Shown here piece after piece: positions 38,076 to 49,440 of a stretch of 64,000 bases of DNA. This DNA is from Octopus vulgaris (Eukaryota). The notes below the pieces were generated by a model. The model saw only the letters and a list, made by a program, of their open reading frames with translations, searched no databases and was not told where the DNA came from. Location of the stretch: positions 49,910,001 to 49,974,000 of the forward strand of contig OX597823.1 of assembly GCA_951406725.2 (NCBI GenBank). Reading direction: 5' to 3'. Numbering within the stretch: the first letter of the stretch is position 1; each line of letters starts with the position of its first letter. The position numbers and the translations under genes are program-made.

Positions 38076-38326
38076 CAGTGGTTCTTAACTGGGGTCCACA
38101 TGGCCCATGGGGTTCATATAAGATTTTATTGTTAAAATTTATCTGCAATAAATTGGTTTTACTTCTGCAATACACAAAATATTTTAACTTTTTTATACAA
38201 TTCCTAAAAGTATTTAATTAGAAAAATATTATAGAGTTTTTTTAAACATCATATGGCAAAGAGGGTCGATCTGAATAAAATAGGAATCAGAAGGGTCCAT
38301 AGGCAAAAAATGGTTGAGAAACACTG
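38076..38326. mobile_element. hAT-type MITE
   Basis: The TIRs are CAGTGGTTCTTAAC and GTTGAGAAACACTG. The 8-bp TSD is GGTTCAAA/GGTTGAAA. Confidence 0.85.
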
Positions 38327-39069
38327 GGTTGAAATTTCAAAAGCTGTTGGAATAGAAGGATGGTAAAACCAATGGTTATAAGGGAAAAGGTAGAACTGAA
38401 TAGAAAATACTTGAATAGGATTTTATAGATAGTGTTTGGCTTGTAACTCCTGATGGAATTGTATTGTGACATGCAGAATGTCTTGGGTTTTGTAAGTACC
38501 CATTCTTTTTCATAGCCAATTTCTTCCAGAGAAAAGGAGAGTGATAGAAAATATGAGAGAGAGAGGGAGAGAGAGAGAAATTAACTCAGTACTGGACTGG
38601 TATTTTATTTATCATCTGTGAAAGGATAAAAGGAAAAAAAAATTATCTTGATGTAATACATCGATTCTGTCTAATGCTCTCAACTTTTCTGCTAGTTGCG
38701 TTCAGAGAGAGAAGAGAAGGAAAGAAAAGAATAAGTAGAAACTTAATATTGTGTTCTCAATGCAAGCAAAAGGTGTTGTGTGTTTTCTGGCAGCTGACAG
38801 GAAACAATGGCTTCAGAAAGACAGGAGTAATTAACAATAGGAGTCCCAGAAAATAAAATCCATGAAAATGCTCAGTCAGCTCACAAAGAGGAGGGTGGCA
38901 TTTTTTGTTACGTTAGCAATCTAATTAGTAGTGGAGGTGGTGTTTTTAGAAATCATAGTTGTAAGAGAATAGAACGAGCTGTTTCTTGTGATTGTTTGTG
39001 ACATATAAATGTGGAGCTATGTGGTTTAGAGAGAGAGATGGGTACGGAATGTGGAAAATTTGCACATGT

Positions 39070-39705
39070 AGGCACAGATACAGCTGTATGGTAAGAAATT
39101 TGCTCCACAACCAAATGGATTCCAGTTCAATCCCACTGTGTGGTACCTTGGGTAACTGTCCTCTAATCTAGCCATGGGCCAACCAAAGGCTTGAGAGTGG
39201 ATTTTGTTGATACATGCATGTATGTGTCTCACCATCACTTGACACTGGTTTTGATTTGTTAATGCTCCTATAACTTAGCAGTTCGGCAAAAGAAATCAGT
39301 TGAATAAGTAATAAACTCAAAAAATAGAATAGATACTGGGTTCGATTTGTTCAGCTAAAGCTTTTCAAAATGGTGCCCCAGCATGGCTTTAGTAAATAAA
39401 AAAAAATTATCGGAGGGCAATGCATACCCTGCCTGGTACTTCTTCTATTGGTCTCTTTTTTCCAAACCGCTAAGTTATGGGAACGTAAACACACCAACAC
39501 CAATTGTCAAGCAGTGGCAAGAGAAAACACTCACATACTCACACATGATGGATTTCTTTCAGTTTCTGTCTACTAAATCCATTGACATGGTTTTGGTTGG
39601 CCTGAGGTTATAGCAGAAGACACTTGCCCAAGGTGCCATACTGTGGGACTGAACCCAGAACCATGTAGTTGAGAAGCAAACTTACAGCGAAACACCTGTG
39701 CCTAT
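39070..39705. mobile_element. Inverted (tail-to-tail) pair of SINE family A copies
   Basis: A + copy at about 39070-39390 is directly followed by a - copy at about 39430-39705. Confidence 0.75.
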
Positions 39706-40274
39706 ACTGGATATGATGGTTTGCTAAAAGTGCTTTAAGCTCTTAGTAGAGGGTGTCTGTGGGAAATTGAAAGGCATAGGAAAGAAGACTTAGTGAGATC
39801 AGATCTAAAGACTTGACAAACAAACAAAACAAAATGGCAGCATGCTACAAAGCTGACTCGTCCAACCCGTATCAGTATAGTAAAACAGTCATTAAATATT
39901 GATAATTACGCACACACGTGTGTGTGTGCGTGTGCGTGCGCAAGCATTGCTCTTTCACATCCATTTTTCCAAGCTTGCATGGTGGGATGGGTTTTTATTG
40001 GAACAATTATTATGAAACAGGTTTGCAAAAAAAAAAAAACCTGTTTAACCTAGGCATATTAGCTTGTAACAAGAAAGATAAATAAATAAAAAAAGAGTCA
40101 TAGTGATGTTGATTTCAAAAATTGAATTGTTAGCAGCCCAAGAACAATGTTATTCCATTAAACTTGTAATTTGGTTAACACTCACATACATTATTATATA
40201 CAGTGGTGTAATTTAGTTTAAGGGCAAAAGTGCGCTGATGAGTAAATGTTGATTATTTCTGTTTATTTATTCTT

Positions 40275-40635
40275 TTGCTTGTTTCAGTATACTGGACTGT
40301 GTCCATACTGGGGCACTGCCTTGAAGGGTTTAGTCAAACTAATCGACCCCAGTACTTTTTTTTTTTTAAGCCTCATAATTATTCTGTTGGACTCCTTAGC
40401 CGAACTGCTAAGTTAAGGGGATGTAAACAAACCAATACTGGTTGTGTTGTCAAGCAGTGGTGGGGGACAAGCACATACACAAAGGCACCCATACACACAC
40501 ACTTATATATATACGGTGGAGTTTCCGTGTCTGTTTTGCAAATCCACTCACAAGGCTTTGGTTGGTCTAATGCTGTAGCATGAGATATTTGCCCAAGGTG
40601 CCATGTAATGGGACTGAACCACACAGCCATGCCGT
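40275..40635 (-). mobile_element. SINE family A copy
   Basis: It is a homologue of 24099-24500. Confidence 0.8.
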
Positions 40636-41031
40636 TACCTGTTTTATCATTTCTAGTTCAGACTATTTTGAATGATGTAAGCATATAGTAGTTGTTAAGT
40701 CTCAAAGGCACCAAAAATGCAAGTCACTTAATTCTAGCATTCATATTACTCTACCTAATGTAATGCTTATTTATTCACATTGTTTTGAATTAATCATGTA
40801 TTATCTTATAGCTTCAAGATTTTGATGTGATAATTTATTTTTAGAATGATTTTGTAGGGTACGTGTGAGAGGCTAAATCTAGCTGTTTTGGACACAAAAC
40901 AGGTAGAACATTTGGACTGGATATGGCCAGTTTAAATGCTAAAGGGTTAACTGAAGAACATTAAAGCAATTTTTTTTTCGACAGAAGGAAATGTTTATGT
41001 TAAACATTGGGGAAGAAGAAAATTTCAAGTT

Positions 41032-41337
41032 CTAATACTTGATTGGGTACTTGAAATGTCTCAAATGTGAATCACATCTATGAAACACTGAGTTTCTAAT
41101 TTTAATGATCACTTTATCAGGAATTTCTTTTAATTTTGTTGCTATATAACCATACAATTCATTTGGTTTTGTGCAGTTCCTTAGCAGAATAATCATGTTG
41201 AACCATTTCCATAAGTTTCCTATTGGGACAAAATCTGGGGATTCTGCATTGACTAATATAGCTCTCAGATTTTCCTTCATTATTCCTGTGGTATGCCCTG
41301 GGTGTTTGTCTTGCTGGAAATTCAAAGACCATTCCAT
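41032..41337 (-). mobile_element. Tc1-like transposase C-terminal remnant
   Basis: It contains FQQDKHPGH (compare FQQDNAPCH) and SPDFVPIGNLW (compare SPDLNPIENLW), and ends YPIKY. The decayed element probably extends to about 41880. Confidence 0.75.
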
Positions 41338-43466
41338 TTAACTTTTGGTATATGGATGCAAATTTTGTACAGTGGTATGATCAGATGTATGAAATTTGCT
41401 CCTTTTCTAGATATGTAGCCTCAAACCATATATTACAGTCTCCGTGATTAACCATTGGAGTCATGCATATTGAGTGAAATTCTTATGTACAGCATTTGAG
41501 AGTTTGACAGATACTTAATCATCAGAGTTGAATGAACAAAATTTCAACTCATTTGAATGCAAAGTTTTTGTCAAGTCGGACAACATTCAATTCTTATGCT
41601 ACAGAGGAAACTAAGTGTTGGCACATTGGGTTTTTAGAAGGAATGTATTCTGTGATTTCTATAACAACATTTATTTACCTGCTTTTTACTGGCAAGCAGT
41701 GCTTGTGTCAGTTCATCCTTTCAATAGTTTATCACAGCTGCCTGATTGAGGATGGTCAGAACAGCAATCAGTTTCATTGAAGATGTCCACACCATGGTAA
41801 GCAGTGGTTACTGATTGTCCACCTTGAGCTTGGAAAGTTGATTTGCAGCTTATTTTGTTGGGTCATGTCTTTGATTAGAAGCTTTTACATTTATTCATCA
41901 TAAAAGGTTCTTTCACCAGCACCATCATCATCATTTGGTGTTCTCCTTCCATGTTGGTATGGGTTGGTCAGTTTGACTAGAGCTGGTAAGTTAGAAGATT
42001 GCGCCAAACTCTACTGTCTACTGTTTTTATGGCTGGATGCCCTAATGCCAACTACTTTACTGCGTATGTAGATTAGGTACTTTTTATGTGGCATCAGCAG
42101 CTGTGAGGTCACCAAGTAACTTGCAAAACAAGACCCCCTCAGCTGAGTGGGGGAATAGTATTGAGGGAGGTGACTTTATGCCAGGTGATGAAATTAAAGT
42201 ATGAACAGACAGACAGAAACAGGTGTCTTGCTGTACAGAAGATATGTAGCTTCCCCATTTGGAAAGAGTTGGATCATATAATTTGTCTTAGAGTATAATA
42301 TCAAATCTAAAAAATTTTTTTTTATAAAATGATCTTTAATAAGTGACAATTTTTATAGCTTTAGAATACTATTAATAATTGCATCATGCTAATTAAAATT
42401 TTGTTTAAACTTCATATCATTTAACTGCGTAAAAATTTTCACTTCGTATATATAATATATTTATTTATTTATTTATATAGCTTCATTCATTAGTGATTAT
42501 TAAGTAAATGGAGATAATTAACTCTTTTTATCCATCAATATACTTGTCTTTAAACTAAGTGACACTACTATGTGTGTATTTTCTATCATGTCTTTGTCAT
42601 AACAATTCAAAGATAAAAAGAAAAATAACCTACTGCTGAGAGTTAAATCACGCAATCTCTTGCTATATCTGTCTGTCAGTCTCTCTCTGCTATTGATTAA
42701 TTATGAACATAATACACAGACTAACAAATGCAAATGTGTGTGTGTGTGTGTGCACGCATATATATATATATATATGAAAGATGTGTACAAAATGATGATG
42801 TATAATTTTTAATGTTTTTCTTGCTGCTGCAGCGTTTTAGCTTTTGTGATCTCTAATAGTATGCATTTAGTATTTTCACATAAGTTTCATAAAATGTACA
42901 ACATGTTTATTCATTGTTTTTAGTCTCCTGTGTTTGGATAATGTGTCAATTCTCTACAGCTGTTTCCAACGAATTTTTAACTGAATTATGGAAATATTCC
43001 ATCATTTGTAAAAAAATCATTTTCATCAGGTGAATACATGAACCACAACATTCAAAAGCCAACGGCATACATTCATGATTCTATGACCCTTGCTGATCAT
43101 AGAATGAATTTGTTAGCTCCGTTTGGTAGTACTACAGGAGAAAATAACGCAATGTCATGTGTAGGTAGGGGAGTAACAAAGATTTATAGCAATGAAGGAG
43201 GTTAGAGGATGGGGTAGGGAGGATCAGATAGCGAAGCATCTTACCCCCCCCCAACAAGGTTGGTAGTTTCTTTTATCTTAATTCTCTCCAACAAGTGGTT
43301 TTAGAGTTAAGTACGAAGGGTAAAGTCCCGCAGTTATTTATATATTTACTTATTTAACCACCTTCTGTATGCCCCCTTTAAGGGGACATATAGAAGGCTC
43401 TTAAATATGTATTAAGTAATGTTAAATAAGTAATAACTAATGTGTGTGTGTGTGTATATATATATA

Positions 43467-45046
43467 GTGAGTACATAAAATTATTACATCCAAAAGACCT
43501 AAAACTTAGACCTATTATAGCTGGTCCAGCATGCCCTACACACCGTCTAAGCAATTTTATTGACATTGTTTTGAAACCACTATGTACTTACATACCAAGT
43601 TTCATCAGGGATGACATCGACTTCCTGTCCCATCTTCCCAAAACAACAGAAACAAATTCAGTTTTACTAAGTTTTGATGTGGTAAGCCTCTACACCAATA
43701 TTCCACACGATTTAGGAATAAAGGCGATTAAATACTGGTTAGAAAAACATAGAGAAGTGATTCCCAGCAGATTCACAGTGCCATTTATATTAGACACAGT
43801 CAAACTTATTCTAGAAAATAACACATTCTTCTTCAATGGAAAGAATTACATCCAAATTAGAGGCACGGCGATGGGAACGAGGTTTGCTCCCGTTTACGCC
43901 AACTCTGTAATGGGATACTTAGAAGAACAACTCTACCAAGAGGTGGAGGTAAACTATGGCACTGGATTTAGAAAGTATATTGAAAAGGCATGGAAGAGAT
44001 ACCTAGACGACTGTTTCATAATCTGGACAGAATCTCTAAATACTCTGGAAGAGTTCAATATCATCCTGAACAACCTACACCCATCTCTCCAATTTACAAA
44101 GGAGATAAGTAGTACCAAATTACCATTCTTGGATATAATGGTAATTAAAAAAGACACCACCATCACCACAGATATATACTATAAACACACAGACACACAT
44201 CAATACCTAAATTTTAAGTCGTGCCATCCACCACATACAAAACGTAACATCCCATACTGCCTAGCCAGAAGAATTTGTACTATTGTAGAAGATGCAAATA
44301 TCAGGAACAAACGCCTAATAGAACTAAGAGAATTTTTGCTCAAACAAAAATACCCATCTCTACTTATAGAAAATGGCATACAGCGGGCTATAAAAATACC
44401 CATACAACAACTTAGGACAACCCAAGGAAGAGGAAAACAAGAACAAGTCATACCATTCATAGTGACACACAACCCATGTCACCAGAATATCTTCAACATT
44501 GCCAAAGCAAACCTACCAATCATTGCCCAAAGTAATGAATTAAAAGACATAATTACGGATCGAGCTATGGTGCTTAGTAAAAGACAGCCTAAAAACTTGA
44601 AAACATTACTAACAAAGGCAAAATTTGACCTCAGCAACAAAGACCAAACATTCACGGTATCTAAATGCAATGATAGCCGATGTGGCACATGCCAATTCAT
44701 ACATACCGGTCAATATATAAACACAAAAACCGGGAAAATATTCACAAACGCGAATATGAACTGCAAAAGCAGAAATTTAATTTACTGCATCAAATGCCCA
44801 AATTGTGAAGAAATATATGTAGGTCAGACGGGAAATGCACTATTAGAACGCTCACGTGTACACCGGCAACAGATTAGAGACCCAGAGGTCCGTCAGATAC
44901 CTTTGAGTAACCACCTAGCAACATGTGGTCGGAAAATATATATAATATTTCCATTCTACAAATTACACAGCCCAAGTGAAATCGAGAGGAAAATCAGAGA
45001 AAAGAATTTTATTGATAAATTCGAACCCAAGCTAAATAAGCAATAA
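43467..45046 (+). CDS. Penelope-like element (PLE) polyprotein, 5'-truncated: reverse transcriptase + Cys-rich linker + GIY-YIG endonuclease
   Basis: The 534-codon ORF contains LRPII, SFDVVSLYTNIP, YIQIRGTAMGTRFAPVYAN, RYLDD, LPFLDI and YLNFKSCHP (PLE RT and thumb). These are followed by CNDSRCGTC and NLIYCIKCPNCEEIYVGQTG..ERSRVH (GIY-YIG). The first codons (MCVCVYIY) are only the flanking (TG)n(TA)n microsatellite. Confidence 0.95.
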
Positions 45047-45360
45047 TAATAATACTTAGAGGTATTACTTCCACTGCTACGACCATGACCACTAACAACA
45101 ACAACAATACTAAAGGTGATCAAGATGAAGATAGCTGGAAAATTATCTTATTTAGGGTTAAAAATTCTATTGCCACCACCATCACCACTAGCAACAATAA
45201 TTAAGGTGCTGACAATGATGATGATGACAATTGAAATATAAAAATATAAAAATCTCTGACAAAGGATATTTACAACATTTCTAAAAATAACTCAACAATT
45301 GCTGCTTCGGCCAGGGTCAAGATACAGGACTCTTGACATGTCCAACAAAGCGTGATGCCT

Positions 45361-45506
45361 AAACCAATCAGCTCAACCAACCAATCAGCTTAAGTAATTG
45401 AGTGATACTACACACTGATTGGTCAGAATACAGTTTGCAAAACCTAGCACTCTGGAGCCTCTCCCAGCTGTATTTATAGCACAGAATCAATCATCTTGCT
45501 ACAGTC
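45361..45506 (+). promoter_or_regulatory. Putative Pol II promoter of the PLE pseudo-LTR
   Basis: CCAATCAG occurs at 45364 and 45381, with an inverted copy (CTGATTGG) at 45415-45422. TATTTATAG lies at 45471 and an Inr-like ACAGTC lies 30 nt further on at 45501. Confidence 0.5.
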
Positions 45507-45541
45507 AAAAATTGTGAAGCATGACTGTCAACACTACTACA

Positions 45542-45586
45542 TGAACCCGAAGATTGCAGAATTCAATGCATGAAAGTACTAGTTCA
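45542..45586 (+). ncRNA. Minimal type I hammerhead ribozyme variant in the PLE pseudo-LTR
   Basis: Helix I is TGAAC/GTTCA. The core is CCGAAGA (CUGANGA with U4>C). Helix II is TGCA/TGCA closed by a T.T pair, followed by GAAA. Helix III is the palindrome AGTACT, and the predicted cleavage site is after CUA (45581). Confidence 0.7.
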
Positions 45587-45748
45587 ATCAGAATGAATAT
45601 TTAACATTCTACTATTTCATTTTATTTTATTCAATTATAATATATTATCTTATAATATATCATTATAAGATTGTAAATAAAACGTGAAAATCAGACAAGG
45701 TTGGAATTCTTTTTATTAATATATTCTTCTATACACAATCACACACAC

Positions 45749-45794
<46 letters not shown>

Positions 45795-45796
<2 letters not shown>

Positions 45797-46494
45797 ATTT
45801 GATATATGTGATTCTTTCTTGTCTTGGGATTCACGGTCAAACGGCTGGGTGGAATTGCATGAAAAATTATACAGATGTGTAGAATGATCCGGTGGTGATG
45901 CTAGACTTTGTATTTTTTTCATAGCTCCCATGGTTACCAAGATAATCTACTATAATAATACTCTTGTATTTATGAATGAGAAAGGAAGGGATGATAGATG
46001 AATAAGGAAGGGGTTGTGTCATATTTCTTCATAGCTCCCATGGTTACCGAGATAATCTACTATGTATTTATGAATGAGAAAGGGTGATAGATGAATAAGG
46101 AAGGAAGGGGTGATGTCATACTTGGTAGTGGGATGATGAAAATTGTACACTGAAAAAATAAATCAAACAACGTTTCAACTCCGAATATATATATGTGTAT
46201 GTATGTAAAAGGGTGGGGTATGTGAATGTGTGTGTTTGTGTGTGTGCGCATGCAATGGAAGTAGGATGGTTCATCTTTGTTTGCTTAGTATTTGGGTTTA
46301 TCTTTTGATTTGGTTGAATCTTGGTTCGTTTTTTTTCTTTTTTGGTCAGTTATTTTTAGCGTTTTGACTGAAAAAAGTCATTCTAAAATTGTTTTTTGAT
46401 GTAAGCATGCCCAGACAAGTCGAATGCTTACACAGAGCAGGTTGTACAGCCACATCATCCAAACCGACCGGGTGAAACCGGGCTTAGCTTTTGG
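45795..46494 (+). mobile_element. Non-autonomous Helitron-like element
   Basis: It has a 5' ATTCACGGTCAAACGGCTGGGTGGAATTGCATGAAA motif and a 3' subterminal GC-rich CCGGGTGAAACCGGG motif at about 46468-46482. It carries an internal duplication of about 110 nt (45919 and 46029) and sits in (TA)n. The terminal CTAG is degenerate. Confidence 0.5.
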
Positions 46495-46496
46495 TG

Positions 46497-46538
<42 letters not shown>

Positions 46539-47526
46539 CAGGAAGTTGGGAAAATGTTTTGATTCACCATTGCATGTGTTTTGTTTACTAATAGGAATTA
46601 CAGAATTGCACATGTGGCATAAATATGTAAGAAATCTGTGTTAGAAATTCTTCAGACAGAGAACCAAGCTTCGATTTTAACCTTGCACTACATCATGTGT
46701 GTGTGTGGTGTGTGTGTCTTTATTTTGACATAGTGCAATTGTTGTGAGTGAGAGTCACAGTCATACAAGCAGTGTCATTCATTCCCAATATTTTTATGAT
46801 AACATGTTTGATCATGTGGAAATATTACCTTGCTTGGAAACAGGTGATGGTTGGCAATGGGACGAGCATCCAGCAGTAGAAAATTTGTCTCAGTAAACTC
46901 TAACCCATTCAAGCATGGAAAATGGACATTAAATGATGGTGATAAATATTTACTTTATATTTCTCCATATGCTTTTGAAAAAAGAAACTCCATGCGATGA
47001 GTCGTTGAAGTAAATTTCATTTCCGTAAATTATAAAGTAAATGCATATAGTCATTGGCAAAATATGTTAATTAAAAGCTAGTAATAAAGAAACTTGGTAA
47101 CGAGCAAATGTAAAATGTTCACCTTACAAAGGACAGGTGTACATCTCAGTTTGTATGGCTAAATATAACTCAACAAAGAAGTCAACAAAGAAGCTTGTAA
47201 CTATTTGCTTGACTTGCTAGAAATAACAGTTAACTCCCTCCCCCTAATCCCATCCTATCTTCTCAGAAAAGAACATTGTAGATAATGTGGTTTGGAGATA
47301 ATGTATGCCTTGGAAAAAAGGGATGGGATGGGATGGTCATGGTTGGCGTGCCTTTGATCATAGGCCAATTTCATGAGACCTAAATATAGCTATTTCTTTT
47401 AGCTTTTGTGTTTTAATACTTGACCAAATATACAACATATATTTTCTTTTAAAATCGCTAATTAGCATCATTCACAGTTTGCTTTTTTTCTAAATTATAC
47501 CGAAATAAAATAAATATCTTAAGCTT

Positions 47527-48430
47527 GACGGTGAGCTGGCAGAATCATTAGCATGCTGAGTGAAAGGCTTAGTGGTATTTCGCCTGTTGCTACGTTTAGA
47601 GTTCAAATTCTGCTGAGGTCAACTTGGCCTTTCATCCTTTTGGGGTCAATAAATTAAGTACCAGTTGAGTACTGGGGTTGATGTAATCGACTTATTCCCT
47701 TTCCCAAAATTGTAGGCCTTGTGTCTTTATTAGAAAGGATTATTATTCTTATTATTAAAGTGGTGAACTTGCAGAATTGTTAGCATGCTGGGCAAAATGC
47801 TTAGCAGCATTTCATCCATCTTTATGTTCTGAGCTCAAATTCTGCTGAGGTTGACTTTGCTCTTCGTCCTTTTGGGGTCCTTAAATTAAGTACCAGTTGA
47901 GCACTGGGGTTGATGTAATCGATTTGTCCCTCCCCCAAAATTGCTGACCTTGTGCCAGAATTTGAAATCATTATCATCATCATTATTATTATGGTGGCGA
48001 GCTGGCAGAATCATTGGTATGTCAGGAAAAAAGGGTTAGCGGCATTTCATCAGTCTCTACATTCTGAGTTCAAATTCCACTGAGGTCAACTTTGCCTTCC
48101 ATCCTTCCAAAGTCAATAAAATAAAGGACCAGTTGAGTACTGAGGTTGATGTAATTGACTTGCTCTCTTTCCTCAAATATTTCTAGCCTTGTGCCTAAAT
48201 TAGAAAGCTTTATTATTATTATTAAGGTGGCATGCTGGCTGAATTGGAGCATCAGCAAAAAACTGTTTTGCAGTATTTTTTCTGTTGCCTTACATTCTAA
48301 GTTGAAATCCTGCCAAGGTTAACTTTCCTTTTCATCCTTCTGGCATCAGTAAACTAACATATCACTCAAGTTTTTCTGTTAATGAAATCAACTGATCACC
48401 TTCACTCCAAATTCAGGCCTTGTGCTGTCT
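47527..48430 (+). mobile_element. Head-to-tail array of four SINE family C copies
   Basis: Units start at about 47527, 47757, 47992 and 48224. Each reads GG(C/T)GAGCTGGCAGAAT..GAGTTCAAATTC..CCTTTCATCCTT..AAGTACCAGTTGAG.ACTGGGGTTGATGTAATCGA, and the units are separated by (ATT)n. Confidence 0.85.
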
Positions 48431-49002
48431 GAGAGAAACATTATAGCTATGATCATTGCACACCTTTCTTCCTTTTGGCATTGGGGAATCGGTCTTATTT
48501 ATTGTTTCCTCCTCCTTGTCATTTTTTCATTTAATCTCTGTTTTCGATGCTGGCATGGATTGGACATTTTGACAGGAGCTGGCAAGGCCCAGAGCCACAC
48601 CAGGTTCCATTGTGTGTTTTGACATAGTTTCTACAGCTTGATGCCCTTCATAATGCCAAAGATGTCCTTCAGAATTTGTGTTCTTGTACTAATGTTAGAA
48701 ATCATTATTTCAGCCCTTTACAGGGAGTCTGACTGGTGTGTGTGTAGGGGGGAGGTATCCTTAAACTGGAGACTTAGCTTGAATGCTTGCGAGGGAATGA
48801 CCTCCTCTACTAAAAATCACTCAAGGACCATGTGGTGGTGTTGAATTGTTAAATCATGTGAAAGATGAATTCTACCACCAAAATAGGCCACAAACAGATT
48901 TGAACTTAGAAATATGAACCAGAACAAATACTGTAGGGCTGTTCAGTGGTCCTACAATATCCACTGTCCTTGACAAGCATTTTATTTATTGCTGCTGGAC
49001 AG

Positions 49003-49440
49003 GTGCAGGTGTAGTTGTGTGGTTAAGAAGCTTGCTCCTCAATCACATGGTTCCGAGTTCAGGCCCACTGCATGGTACCTTATATGAGTGTCTTCTCAAA
49101 GCCTTGACAGTGGATTTGACAGAAATTGAACTGAAAGAAGACCCTTTCGTATGTATGTGCATGTTTGTGTGTATGTGAGCGAAGAGAGAGAGAAAGAGAT
49201 GGTATCACCTTGTCTTGAAATCGCTTGACAGTTGTAAACAAGTGTAACAGTCATACAGCAGTGTCCTTCATTTCCAATCTTCCATGAAAACATGTCTGGT
49301 CATGCGGAAATATTACCTTGCTTGGAAACAGGTGAGTGTTGATGAGAGGAAGGGCATCCAACTGCACAAAACCTGCCTCAACAAACTGCATTTGACCCAT
49401 GCAAGCATAGCAAAGTGAACCTTAGAATAATGATGATGAT
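49003..49440 (+). mobile_element. SINE with family A head and alternative RTE-type tail
   Basis: A family A 5' half is followed by AATATTACCTTGCTTGGAAACAGG..GGAAGGGCATCCA..CCCATGCAAGCAT..TGATGATG. Related copies lie at about 46700-46945, 54090-54465 and 57030-57670. Confidence 0.7.

Larger units (their letters stand above)
43467..45750 (+). mobile_element. Penelope-like retroelement (Neptune-like), 5'-truncated, with about 700-bp 3' UTR/pseudo-LTR
   Basis: The ORF above is followed by a non-coding tail containing CCAAT boxes and a hammerhead-like motif. It is bounded by TG/TA microsatellite on the 5' side and CA/TA microsatellite on the 3' side. The Neptune assignment rests on the Cys-rich linker before GIY-YIG and is an inference. 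Confidence 0.85.

Noticed and set aside
43442-43466. Apparent start (MCVCVYIY) of the 534-aa ORF
   Set aside because: It is a translation of the flanking (TG)n(TA)n microsatellite. The element is 5'-truncated and has no native start here.
47527-48430. Regularly spaced repeats resembling a CRISPR-like array
   Set aside because: The units are SINE copies of about 220 bp in eukaryotic DNA, with no unique spacers and no cas genes.
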